A stretch of DNA of 64,000 nucleotides from Octopus sinensis (lineage: Eukaryota), in the NCBI RefSeq assembly GCF_006345805.1, contig NC_043015.1, forward strand, positions 8,370,001-8,434,000, read 5' to 3'. The notes under the pieces were generated by a model. That model did no database searches. It was not told where the DNA came from and saw only the letters and a program-made list of their open reading frames with translations. How positions within the stretch are numbered: the stretch's first letter is position 1; every line of letters begins with the position of its first letter. A program made the translations under genes and the position numbers. Below, piece after piece: positions 51,280 through 63,916 of the stretch.

Positions 51280-53399
51280 TACACACACGTACACAAATAT
51301 ATAACACTAAGAGACATACACTCACACACACACGGACAGCCACACACACGCACCGACAGCCACATACACACACATATTAGGCAGCGAACAACTTTTGAAT
51401 GAATGTCTTGGAATTTATTGAGATATTTCTGAAATAAAAAAAGATATTTTAAATGAGATCGTATTATTTTGGTAATGTCTGTTGCTAAGCTGTTAATATT
51501 GCTGTTAAATATTCCCTTGATAATGTCGTTATTTGTTCTTCAATGTTCATTAGACGCTCAGCCAAGTTTCATTAATTCTAATGTATCTTACTCTATTCTC
51601 CTATTTTGGTAACTCACAATTCTCTTTTACACAACAAGCTTTCATCTTCGACGTCATTAGCATTGCCAATAACGCCAACACCTTTACTGTTGTTACTATC
51701 AAAGACTTTCTTCTCACAAAGCGCATGTGTATCCAACCATGGAATATCACTGTTGTGTTTGAAACCAAGACTTTTCTCTCTGATCTTGTGTTCTCTCCAA
51801 AGTTATATAATTTCATCTTTGTTTAGGATTTACAATTTCCTTCTGTTCTTTCCTCATACATAATAATTTGAAAGAGATTGAAGTGACAGTAAAGCAAGAA
51901 TCACTATTACTTGTTACTTCTGCATTCGGAGTTGTAGTTCAGTTCGTATTTTCACCGAAGAATTGTCTCTCAGAAAATTGTATTTTATAATTCCTGTTCT
52001 TCCGTTAGGTATTAGGCGTTATTTAGTACCGTTCTTGGTGCTACTGAAATATATATTCATAACAAAATATCGTCGTTGCATAAATCTATAATATGTTTGA
52101 GTATATGTACATCACATGTAATGATTTCCATCTCAGGTAAATCATATATAAGAAAATGAAAACAATCTTCCCAGAAATGCTCTAGCCAACTAATAAATGT
52201 TGTATTAGCAACTTTATCTTTTGTTTATAGGAAACAATATTTTTCTGTTATTCGAATTATAATAGTTGTTGCTAAGTTTCTGAAGTATATTGCTATATGT
52301 GTGCGTGTGTTTGTATGCTTAATATTTGAATTAGAACACGCTAATAGTGAGAGTCATAAACTCACTAATATGCAGGCATCGGAATATATGTGTATATATA
52401 TATATATATATTTATTTATTTATTCTTACTTCTCCTGTATCACTCGAGTATTGGAAGAATATTCTAGTCTAAAAAATAAAATACCTAGTTGTCTTTACAT
52501 TAATGCAATGATGTTTTTTTCCACAGTAGATAAACTAGTGAATGCTTGGACATCGTTATTAACAAAAGAGAGAGGAATGATTGCAATATACATAACATTA
52601 AGAAATACAAGTATACCATATAACCTGCAACATATGGTGTATATTTTTCAAAATTATCTTCATCTCTTGCTATGATATGATTACCAAATAACAATTAAGA
52701 TAAACTCTATTTCAAAATGAGAGATCCTCTCGTTATTTAAATATCCTTTTAAAATAATATGTCATTATGGAAAAGGACAGGCTTAATATATATAGCTAAG
52801 TCGAGGGAACGTGTTTTGGGCTCAAAACCGTAATGAGCAAAAGCGGTTACAGTATCTCTAGTAGCCAAAGGATTTAGATTCATACTAAAAGCGAGTAGAA
52901 AACATTTAATTTGCATAATTAAATAGACTAAGATGATATAGCTGAAATTGACCAGCTTCCCAAATTTGATCAACAACATAAATTCTTGATTTACTAAAAT
53001 TATCATCGATTCTAGAGGATGTGCTATGATTAAGATACTGTTGCGAAATTGATAGTAAGTTAAATCTATTTATTATTACCATCAATTTTAATATAATAAT
53101 CATCAATTAATAAATAGATTAAATGAACGTTTGTATACATATCACCTAGTATAATAAAGACATCTCATTTATAATTTGTAGTTGATATCAAATTGCTAAT
53201 ATAATGATGTATTTTACTACAAAAATATGCATTAAAGCGTTTAACTTCCCGGATTAATCCACTAAAAACTTAATTTCAAAATTCAACATTGCTATATAGA
53301 TTAAGATGGCAAAACTTAAAGATATACGTATATATACACACACACATATATAAATACGCATACACATACAAAGACCTTACTACTAAGATTCTCGCACTC

Positions 53400-55735
53400 A
53401 TATATATAATTCGTTGGATCACTTTGCTCCATGAAAGGAATATTGTTAAAGAAGGAAACCCTTTTAGAGTAGATTTTGAAATTTAGATACAGAACTACAA
53501 AACCAGGAAAAGTTCGCCTGCCCGCCGCCATTTCGAGGCTTTTGATATCATAGTCAAGAATACAAAATTTATCAGATTTCTGTTGAAAATGAAGGGTTTA
53601 GTACCTGAACTAACAAAATAGAGCAAAAATGGAATTATTGTACCTTCGGACAAAACGGGAAATTTATAGATATTTATAAAAATCATGACTTAATAGAAAA
53701 TGAAATTACTAGTAACAATAAGTTAGTAAGAAAGAATTTATTAATACCTATTACCTTAGAAGCTAAATAATTATGTGTGGTTTTGATCTTGGTGCCTTGG
53801 AGGCCGAAAATCGTACTGAAACATAACAAAGATAACTTCTTCTCCAACCCTAAATTTAGATTAATTTGTCCAGGAAATTCTGACCTGGGTAGATTAAGTA
53901 AGAGTATTTTAGACAAATATATTTTTAATCTCAAGAGATCTTTAAATAGGTCTAATAAACTGGAAGCCATTAATTGGATTGATAAATCAGATATTAAATG
54001 TAAAAATTCATTCAGGTCGATATTAATAATTATTATTCTTCAGGTAATCCCATTATACTAAACAGAACACTTATATTCGCTAGGAAACTTTCAAACGGCA
54101 ATTTAAGAGAAATAAAAGTTATTTTGGAAGTCTGGAAGTCAATTATTTATTTGATAACAATTATTGGGCCAGAAAACACTGATTAATTTAACATAATGTT
54201 GGGCTCAGACAATGCAACCAAGGTTACAGACTTAGTTGTTATATACATACTGGATCATTTCCATAATGAGTTTTCAGAAAATAAAGGTGGGCTCTATAAA
54301 GATGATGCACTGTTTTTGATTAATAGTCAATCCGACAGAAAAATAAACCTATATATAAAACATTCCATAATTTCTTTAAAATATTTGGTTTATCTATCTC
54401 AAGAGAAAATGATCATGATTCAGTTAATTACATGAATGTTAATCTAAGCCTGGTCTACACAGTCCGTATCATATACCCAACAATAATTTCAAATATATCA
54501 ACTTTCATAGTACCCATCCTATAACGATCACAATAACTTTGATTAATAACATTTCGAGTCGTCTTCCTTCTTTATCCTCAAAAGATAGAATCGTTGATAA
54601 TAATTCCGAATATTATAATAAGACCCCTAAAGAAGGAATGGAATAGTATATTCTTCTCTACTCTAGGCACAATAGCCGAACATTTTGTGGAGGAGGCCAA
54701 TCGATAAGATCGACTCCAGTACGCAACTGGTACCTAATTCATCGACGGCGAAAGGATGAAAAACAAAGTCGACCTCGGCGGAATGAGAACAGAAAAAGAC
54801 AGAAAAAGACAGAAAAAGTACCTATTCTTTACTACCCGCAAAGGCCTTAAACACAGAGGGGACAAACAAGGACAGACAAATGGATGAAGTCGATTGCATC
54901 GGCCCCAGTGCGCAACTAGGTACTTAATTTATTCACCCTGCAAAGTCAACCTCTGCGGAATTTGAACTGAGAAAGTAATGGCAGCCAAAATACCTATTTC
55001 TTTACTACCCACAAGAGGCTAAACACAGAGAGGAAAAACGGACAGTCAAACGGATTAAGTCAATTATTTCGCCCCCAGTGCGTAAATGTTACTTATTTAA
55101 TCGACCCCGAAACGATGAAAGGCAAAGGCGACCTCGGCGGATTTTGAACTCAGAACGTAGCGGCAGCCTAAATAACGCTAAGCCTTCCGACCGGCGTGAT
55201 AACGTTTCTGCAAGCTCGCCGCATTAATAGAAATATATATTTTAATAAGAATGAAAACTTCAAAATATCATACTGTGGTTGACAACGGAGTGAGTGAATG
55301 TAATAGTAGATATGTTTCGAATTCAATTGTAAGTAGTGATGATATGATTAAGACTAGTATTAATAACAAAATAATAAGTGTAATAAATATTTCCAGTAGA
55401 AAAATAGATATATAAATATTGGTAATTATAATAAAGATAATTATATTTGGTTTATAATATATATTATAAAATATTTAATAGTAAAAGTATTAGAGTAGGT
55501 TTTTCAGTGTCATAAAACTAGTTTAGAATTATTAATTAGAATTAATAATAAACCTTTCGACGATTTTTATAAAATTAGAAATAATAATACTATTAAAGTT
55601 AATGATATAGCCAGAAATTGTAATTGAAGATTTAAGGATAACTTAATTTAATAAATTTTCTTTACACAACATATTGTATATAGAGGTAGGCTGTATCAAT
55701 TACACACTATTCTAAAGATGTTCAGAAAATTCCAT
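53400..55735 (+). mobile_element. Degraded Penelope-like ORF (RT to the start of GIY-YIG), interrupted by a SINE trimer
   Basis: IIVPSDKTGNL, KFRLICPGNSDLGRLSKSILDK, MLGSD..VTDLVVIYIL, GGLYKDDAL; after the SINE, IWF.. and NCN..IVYRG-like relics. Confidence 0.8.
54662..55222 (-). mobile_element. Type D SINE with three tandem units
   Basis: One head at about 55222 followed by three units of about 170 bp (boundaries near 54995 and 54823); only the last unit carries the ..gtgcctagag tail. Confidence 0.8.
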
Positions 55736-55869
55736 TAAGTGAGTATATTTGTATTCGTATGTATCTATTTATATGTGAGCACTTATGTGTATAAGTATGT
55801 ATGCATATGTATAGATGTGTGTATATATATATATATATATATGTGCGTGTGTGTGTGTGTATGTGTGTG

Positions 55870-57400
55870 TATATATGGCAGTATATGTAAACATCTGTAT
55901 GAATTACAATGTATAACTACGTGTTCATATGGGTGCATGTATACGTGTGTTAGTGTACATATGTGTGTGCATTTTGTGTTCCCTTGCGGTGGCCATATCG
56001 GAGCATCTCAAGATTAATCAGCCGAAATTGCTAAGATGATCTGGTTCTTGACTGATACTGAGGGCTTCGAATGTCCCGTCCTGTGGTTCTTGTGTCGTCT
56101 CTGTGGTGTTTCAGTTCTTGTCCATGTCTGTATTTAATTTTACTGTTTACCTATATAATCGGAATGTAGGTATCCACAATTGTCCTTATACGATAATATA
56201 TTTTTTCTCAGCTTTGATAACTCTTAATCTTTTAATCTCTTCTCTCTCTCTCCTCCTCCCTTATTCCACTTCCGTTCTTTCCGTCATCCTATCCGTCCCC
56301 CCCCCCCCCCCTTTCTACGTTCTCTATCTCTCTCACCTCCAGCCCCCTCGATCTGTCTCTTTTCTTCTCCTTCCTCGTCACTTCTCTCCCTTTATCGTCC
56401 CTTTCTCCTTTCTTTGTTCTCACGTGACAGCTAACCGCTGTTGAGCGCTCTTTTCGTTTTCAATAGCTCAGAAGCAACACGGATTTGTTCGTCTCCCCGT
56501 GGCCTTTAGGCACAACTTCACAAGCCGCCCCTACTCAAATCGTCCTGTCGAAAGACCCTTGTCCTACGTCCTGTTTTGTTTTGTTGTTTATTTTTATTTT
56601 TACCGTTATTGTGTTTTACGTTTTTGTATTCTAATTGGTGTCACGTATTCTGTATTTTTGTTTGTGTCCTTCGATCGTTTTCCGTCCTTTCGTTGTATAC
56701 ATTCGAAGCTTTCTTCCAGGGATCTAATGCGCTTGGCTAGATTTCCTGGCGGGCTGGCCATATCGGAGCAATCTCAAGATTAATCAGCCGAATTGCTAAG
56801 ATGATCTGTTCTTGACTGATTACTGAGGCTTCGAATGTCCCGTCCTGTGGTTCTTGTGTCGTCTCTGTGGGTTTCATGTTCTTGTCCATGTCTGTATTTA
56901 ATTTTACTGTTTACCTATAATATATATATAGATATAATATATATATATATAAATATATATATATGTAAGTATGTATGCATACGTATGTATGCATACGTAT
57001 GTATAAGCGTGTATACATATGTATGTATGTAAATATGTATATATTTAAGTTTTGTCATCTAATATTTATAATAATGTCGAATTTTGAAAATTAAATTTTA
57101 ATGGATTAATTTACAAATTTGAATCCCTTTAGTGCATATTTTTTGTTACTGTAAAATGCATCAAACTATTAGTAATTTAATATCAGTTGCCTATTAAAAT
57201 AATTATACACGCACCCATATACCCATATCTCTACATACACACATACGTATATAGGCATATACACACGTATACATATCCATACACAAATTGCATATATATA
57301 TATATACACTTACACACGTATACATGTACCATATGAGCACGTATGTATACATTGTAATTCATACAGATGTTTACATATACTTCCATAGACACATAGACAC
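55870..57400. repeat. Inverted repeat pair (about 110 bp: 55870-55980 / 57288-57400) bracketing the 55991-56918 element
   Basis: agtatatgtaaacatctgtatgaattacaatgtata..catatgg..catgtatacgtgtgt..agtgta is present in opposite orientations. Confidence 0.8.
55991..56918 (+). mobile_element. ORF-less element with direct repeats of about 165 bp (55991-56155 / 56756-56918); probable Penelope-type partial tandem
   Basis: ggccatatcggagca..tttactgtttacctata occurs twice; it ends in (TA)n. Confidence 0.7.
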
Positions 57401-57412
57401 ACCACACAATAT

Positions 57413-57451
<39 letters not shown>

Positions 57452-58395
57452 ATGCGTTGATTTAATTTATTAATTAATGATGATGATGATGATGATGATA
57501 AACAAAATAATAATTGTCGTAGTATTGTATCCTTTATAACTTGTATTATCGTATACTTCATTATATACTATAATGCGTAATCTTGTAGTAGAATGCCTCA
57601 TTATATTAGCAAGTTAATATCAATTGCTTATTACAAAGAATATGTATTTATTATACTAAATGATTATATGTATACAAATGTTATTTTCAGTAATTAATTA
57701 ATTGATGATTATAATAATAATAAAAATTGATTTATGTAACTTACTTCCAAAATTTAATAACCACAATAATAATTATTATTATATGTGGTAGTGCATACTT
57801 GTATTCTTATTACAATAATGTTATTTTATTTCTTATGAGTAGATTAATAAATTTTAGGTATATCATATATGTAGTACTTTAATTAAATAATAATGTTAAT
57901 AATATTATGCTTTTTATATTGATTTTATTTAGGGATATATCCCTTGTATATTATATGAATAATAATCCTTAGTTAAGAAACTTCAATTCTTCTCTTCATA
58001 TCTATTATTACAACATAAATCACAATCTATTTGGTAATTTTTGTAATAATGTATGTAGCTCTAAATTTATCTTCATATTTATGACAGAATTCTCTCTACG
58101 ATAATTTAAGAAAGCAAATACATTTATTTTGTTAAGTTTCTATTCATATCTATTCCGCAATTGTCCGTCTGAATAACAACAAATAGAAAACACTTCTTAT
58201 TGGTTATTTTAAACAACCTTTTCTTATCAACAGCTTAAAATAAATAGAACAGTTATTATATATTAAATATATAATTATCCTTTATATCATTTTTACACTT
58301 TTTATTGCAGTTTCTAGAATGAGTAAAGCCTTGACACTTTATTATATATATATATATATATATACGCGAGAAAGAAGCAACAAGAATGGATAGGT

Positions 58396-58486
58396 TTTTA
58401 GTACAATCGTTTCATACAAGGACAGGCTTTATTAAAAGTTGCAAAAATTACAGCATATAAACGTGTCCCGTACTCATCAGCTAAAA
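58396..58486 (-). ncRNA. Minimal type I hammerhead ribozyme (left-arm copy)
   Basis: Reverse complement of 58814-58904 with one loop change. Confidence 0.75.
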
Positions 58487-58813
58487 TACATGTGCGTTCT
58501 ATAGACATCCTAGTGGTTGAGGCTATACTCATGAAGTAATGAAGATAATTAAGTAACATAAACATAAACAGATATCCAAAGTTCATTAAAGTTCTTTAAA
58601 GATGATGTACAGTCTTATCACAGAATTTTAAAAAAGTTTTAATAGCAACTTTTTTAATAGAAACTTTTTTAAAATTCTGTGATAAGACTGTACATCATCT
58701 TTAAAGAACTTTAATGAACTTTGGATATCTGTTTATGTTTATGTTACTTAATTATCTTCATTACTTCATGAGTATAGCCTCAACCACTAGGATGTCTAGA
58801 GAACGCACATGTA

Positions 58814-58904
58814 TTTTAGCTGATGAGTACGGGACACGTTTATATGGTGTAATTTTTGCAACTTTTAATAAAGCCTGTCCTTGTATGAAACGATTGTACT
58901 AAAA
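58814..58904 (+). ncRNA. Minimal type I hammerhead ribozyme (right-arm copy)
   Basis: Stem I ttttag/ctaaaa; CTGATGA 58820-58826; stem II gtacgggaca/tgtccttgtat (with wobbles); GAAA 58887-58890; C-GATT-G; GUA site, predicted cut after 58898. Confidence 0.8.
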
Positions 58905-59050
58905 ACCTATCCATTCTTGTTGCTTCTTTCTCGCTTATAATCACCCCACATTACTGTATTGTTAAAACAGTATAGTTTTTTTGGTGCATCTAAGTTAGGT
59001 ACCATATTCAAGTAAATTCATTTAAATTAACTTGAATCTTTATTGCTTTT

Positions 59051-59083
<33 letters not shown>

Positions 59084-59084
59084 C

Positions 59085-59274
59085 ATACACCAACCCTATA
59101 CATACACACGTCCAGACCTCTCATACGCACTAATACTCTCTCATACACACACACACACACACCCTTATACATACTAATACATACTAATACATACACCAAC
59201 CCTATACATACACACGTCCAGACCTCTCATACGCACTAATACTCTCTCATACACACACACACACACACCCTTAT
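59085..59274. repeat. Tandem duplication, period 106 bp
   Basis: atacaccaaccctatacatacacacgtccagacctctcatacgcac.. at 59085 and 59191. Confidence 0.9.
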
Positions 59275-59279
59275 GTTGG

Positions 59280-59571
59280 AGCTGGTCACTCAACCCTATT
59301 ATCTCCCCTAATTTTGCTCTCGCGTCTCATGTTTGATCTTTGACTTCTGGCCGAAATCAGATCGCCATGTTGGTTCGTTAGTTACTGCACGCATTTTTTT
59401 TCTCTCCTTCTTTCTGTGTTTTTTTCTCTCTGTGTATCTTTGTGTTGAAGAGCGTAGTCTCGAAACGTTAAAGACTTGTTTTATTTATATTTCCTGAGCG
59501 CCGTACTAATACAATTGTTTGTTTGTTTTCCACCTGCCTTCGTCTTTTGTCTATTTTCATAAAGCTTCCCG

Positions 59572-59572
<1 letters not shown>
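59280..59572 (+). mobile_element. 3' end of a Penelope-type terminal repeat
   Basis: ttgaagagcgtagtctcgaaacgtt motif; same terminus as 14745-14810; followed by (TA)n. Confidence 0.7.
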
Positions 59573-59605
<33 letters not shown>

Positions 59606-60960
59606 TATTGTTGTATATTGCTATAATAGCGAAAAGTTGCTTTAGTCATAAAAAAATTGTATTGATATTATTTGAGATATATAAAAATAAATTTCGATAG
59701 TTGTAGATTCAATTTACATTTATTATTTTGTTCGTTATGATTTTGTTTATTTAATTTTTAATGTAATTGTTATGTAGTCGAATGACTAACGCTCACGTTA
59801 ACAATCCATATCCATTTGAATTTATTTTTTACGATCCAGCATTTCTTATCCTGATGAGAATTATATGTAAGGAAATTGAATAGTTTATATATTAAAAAAA
59901 ACTATATAAAAGTCGAAATAAATTGTTGGCACTTTTTAAAAATAATTTATGGTATATTATGTTACGTTAAATTATACGTTAAGTTATATCATATTATATA
60001 TGATTATGATATATTTTATTACATCATATAATATTCATAAGATAAATAAATTATTGAAATTGAATTGGCATTGTATCTCTATTTAATATATTTTTTGTAA
60101 TTTGCATTATACCTATATTTAGTGTCATTGAAACGTCAGACCAGTGAACTCGATGTTTTACACAACACTTTGAAGGACTTTTTTCCTTATATATATATAT
60201 ATATAATATATATATATATAATATATATTATATATTATATATATATATATATACTTAAGTTAAAATATTAAGAGATCGGAAAGTCAAATATGGTTGTTCA
60301 AGGTTACCGTGGAGTATTCGGTATATTTACTGTGTAGTGATTTAGGTTACATTTAGATATGTGATACAATTTGAAGTAGTCGCGGTCGTACGTATCTAGG
60401 GGCTCATTATACTTATTTAGTAATAGTGAAGAATTATGTGTTAATATATGCTATGCCTCTTTTAGTTATAGATTACAGGCTGCGCGCTGAACCTAGTATA
60501 GAAACGCAGACTCTTTAATGGACCAGATAAGTCATATGGAATATTCCTATCTTTAAATTATCGTGTATGACCGTCAACGTTTGTGGATGTACTATGATTC
60601 TTATGTTTTAAAATATTGAGATGTGCAGGGTGTGTTTGTTTACAGTTTATCGCTGGCCTTAAATCGCTGTATAATTGTGTAGCGTGTTGCGGACATTGCA
60701 TTTGTAAATTAAGTTAGACTTTCTGCAGTGAGTATGTACAGGGCAAATGGTCCGAAGGCGGAAAATACACAGTAGGGGCTTGTAAATATCATTCTCATGA
60801 ATGGAGAGATGCTGTCTACAGAGAATTTAGAGATGTGGGTAATACGTAAATTATGTCTGTACGCGTTCGGTGACACTGAACCTGAATCCATGTGGTTAGG
60901 AAGCAAACTTCTTAGTATAGCCACATAGCTCAACCCATCTCTCTCTGCGCATATACTTAT

Positions 60961-61060
<100 letters not shown>

Positions 61061-63129
61061 ATGCGTGTGTGTGTATGTGTGTATGTGTGTGTGTGTTCTG
61101 TACCCATGGGAATCTGTGGCTATACGTACATTCATTTCTGCGCTCGAATTATATATATATATATATACAATGTTAGTCTAAAACTTTCATTGATATAAAT
61201 GAATATGTGAACGTGAAACAATATGTGAGAAATATATATGGGGGTGTGACGCCATACACGTAGTCTAATGTTATCTCGTAGGACATAAGTGAAACATATA
61301 TATGTGCTAGAAAATCAAATGTTGTTTCTGAAATACACTCTCTTCTGACGTGACTGTCTACGTTAATCGTCAATCAAAATGAATTACCGAACAATGCTTT
61401 GCAATAAATTTCATAAATTTCAGAGGTCATGAGTGTTTACAATATGTTTCTTAAAAGTTCCCGATTCTATTAGACATCAATCGATGTTACAGATGTAAGA
61501 AATTCATTGTTATCGTTTGCATAGAATTTTCAAAGAATTGTATACTTCATGTTGATCATCATATATCAAAATTGTATGAGTAGGCATACGATCAAAAGCA
61601 TTTGAAACATAGGAATATAGGAATAACTTTGTTTTCATTTCCAATCTTCACCAAGTAAAAATGAGGAATGTTGGTGATATTTTTAATAGGGAAATGATGA
61701 CGGACATTCTAACAGCTAATATGAGATTATACGTTAGATTCAGAGTTACACACCATATGCTGCAAAGAAGTTACTGTACTATACTGATCTAGAGTAAAAT
61801 CTATTTTCTCAACTATTTATTGAAACACTATTCTCGGTTCTTATCTATAATTGAATAATGTCATATAAGACTTAGCGAAAGTATAATTTTATGAAACTAC
61901 ATGTTACATTACACTTCGTATCATGATGTTTGTGAAAAAGAATAATGCTAAAAGTAAGCAAATTGGGGTCAAACATTTAAAATGAAGAAATAAGAGATGA
62001 ACAATCAAAAGAATTCTAATTAGTTCACTGATTCCATCTTGACAAATAAAAGGTTTGCGGCTGGTCCAGTCCTAGATGAACAAGTATATTGATGTGCAAA
62101 AAAGAGTTTATAACAAAACCAATTGCATGACAGAAGAGAGACAGAAAAACAATGGATTTTATGGGGTGAAATGTTAAGAATGAACTAAAATATGATATCA
62201 ATTACAGTCAGTTAAAGAAAACAAATAATGAAGTGGAGAAAAGGGCATAATGAGACGACGAGTGGAGTAGAAACTACGTTGAAGTACATATGTGTGTGCG
62301 CGGGTACATGCATCCCTACGTGTGTGTTCGTGCGTTCGTGTGTGTGTGTGTGTATATGTGCGTGTTTGTGAATTTGTAATTTCCACTTGGAAAATGAATA
62401 CAAAATTGAACGTAGTAAATTGTATATATCATCGTTGATCGCTATGTGTTTTCATATATTATAGTGCGAAGCAAAGTTACATGCTCTTGATAAGTGTATA
62501 TCATTTATGTATGCATTGTTATTAGAAAGTTTAATTAGAATCAAAAATATGTTGAAAGAATGTAAACATAATGCCAATATGTAAATATAGATTTCAGCGC
62601 TTTGTAACATTGGTGATGATAGTAATTTTAACACAAAAACGGACATCAAAGCATACAATCACATAAAATCATACTTTTATGATTTAATACTGATATTCTG
62701 AATTAGGATTTTCATCATTTCTTTATCAAATTTAAGTGTAATGCTTATAATGAACAAAAGCTTCCGTTACTACGTAACACGAACTAAAGACAAAAAATTT
62801 CTTCGTAAACATTTGATAATTAAGCTTTAAATGCAGCGTAAACAAATATAGAGGAGGAGGATGTGAATGGATTCTAATTATACCATTGTTTTTCCGTAAT
62901 TAACGCAAATATAATAACACAATTATTAATCCTTGGAGAAGTATAAGAACATTGTCCACATGAATTATGAATAATTTCTGGCACATTAAGTTCACAAACA
63001 TTTCTAAAATGGAGCATATAGACACGAAGCCACAAAACTGTTAATTAAGGGTAAGTCGTTTCAGCGTGAATATCAGTAAAATAATTCTATATGACTTCAA
63101 ATTTATACATTCTGTTCTTTTTAATTAAT

Positions 63130-63280
63130 TTACTTGTCATTACACAGCAGCCATGAAGGAAAATCGCCTGGAGAAATTTTAGTCGAACTAATCATCCGTT
63201 GCAATTATTTTCAAACTTGTTATTTATTCTATCGGTCACATAAGCCGTATCTCTTACAGGGACGTAAATACATTATATGC
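63130..63280 (-). mobile_element. Degraded tail of a type A SINE
   Basis: tttacttg..cagccatg..ttagtcga..ttattctatcggtc..gggacgtaaatac. Confidence 0.55.
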
Positions 63281-63291
63281 TGTCGATCCGT

Positions 63292-63336
<45 letters not shown>

Positions 63337-63404
63337 CTAAAAATCGTAAGGCAACAAAAGAATGAAAGAGACCTCGATATTATGTAAATACAGGAATGTA
63401 TCTG

Positions 63405-63517
63405 TAAATATAATATGTGACAATTATTCGGTAGCCATGATAAAACTCCGACTTTCAACCTCGGCATCCGAAACGCGGAGGTTTTATCATGGCTACCGAA
63501 TAATTGTCACATATTAC

Positions 63518-63522
<5 letters not shown>
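63405..63522. repeat. Palindrome with arms of about 46 bp (63405-63450 / 63476-63522) ending in (TA)n; probable Penelope terminus
   Basis: atgtgacaattattcggtagccatgataaaactccg / cggaggttttatcatggctaccgaataattgtcacat; the spacer contains ccgaaacgcg. Confidence 0.85.
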
Positions 63523-63552
<30 letters not shown>

Positions 63553-63828
63553 ACAGTCACTATGTTTTTACTCAGACTTTCCTCTACATGATGTGGCAGT
63601 CACTTTGCCTCTTACTCGGATTTTCAGAAATTTTGCATGTCTGTATCCGAAAATTTCTTCATACAACTTGATCAAATATCCAATATGAACTATATGTAGA
63701 CATGCATAAATTCTATAGGTTTAAAACCTTTCATTAGATCTCCATGAATCGAACTTTCTTCAATGCAGTTAATCCTACAACCTCTTTTATATCTACCCCT
63801 TTTGATGTTTGGGAATTCTCTGATATTT

Positions 63829-63916
63829 TTTCGGCTGACGAGTACGAGCCATCTGTATTCACTGCATTTTTTGTAGCTTATTAAAGATGTCCTCGTACGA
63901 AACGATCGTACCGAGA
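63829..63916 (+). ncRNA. Minimal type I hammerhead ribozyme with a fully canonical core
   Basis: Stem I tttcgg/ccgaga; CTGACGA 63835-63841; perfect stem II gtacgag/ctcgtac; GAAA 63899-63902; C-GATC-G; GUA site, predicted cut after 63910. Confidence 0.9.

Larger units (their letters stand above)
58366..58934. mobile_element. Near-perfect palindrome of Penelope-type terminal repeats (274-bp arms 58366-58639 / 58661-58934, 21-nt spacer)
   Basis: I find 2 mismatches between the arms; the left end abuts (TA)n; the right arm runs on into ataatcacccc, shared with 63950. Confidence 0.95.

Noticed and set aside
51600-51830. Open minus-strand frame of about 60 codons (LWREHKIREKSLGFK..)
   Set aside because: No start or splice signals and no recognisable domain.
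56051-56080. ctgatactgagggcttcgaatgtc in the direct repeats
   Set aside because: It lacks both CUGANGA and GAAA as written.
58398-58902. Two near-identical 62-aa ORFs on opposite strands
   Set aside because: They are a by-product of the palindrome and have no recognisable protein features.
59851-59930. CTGATGA..GAAA..GTT spacing
   Set aside because: Stems I-III pair poorly in AT-rich sequence, so it cannot be supported as a ribozyme.
62030-62280. Cluster of homeodomain/TALE-like sites (TGACAG, CAATTA, TAATGA)
   Set aside because: Such short motifs are expected by chance in AT-rich DNA; conservation data would be needed.
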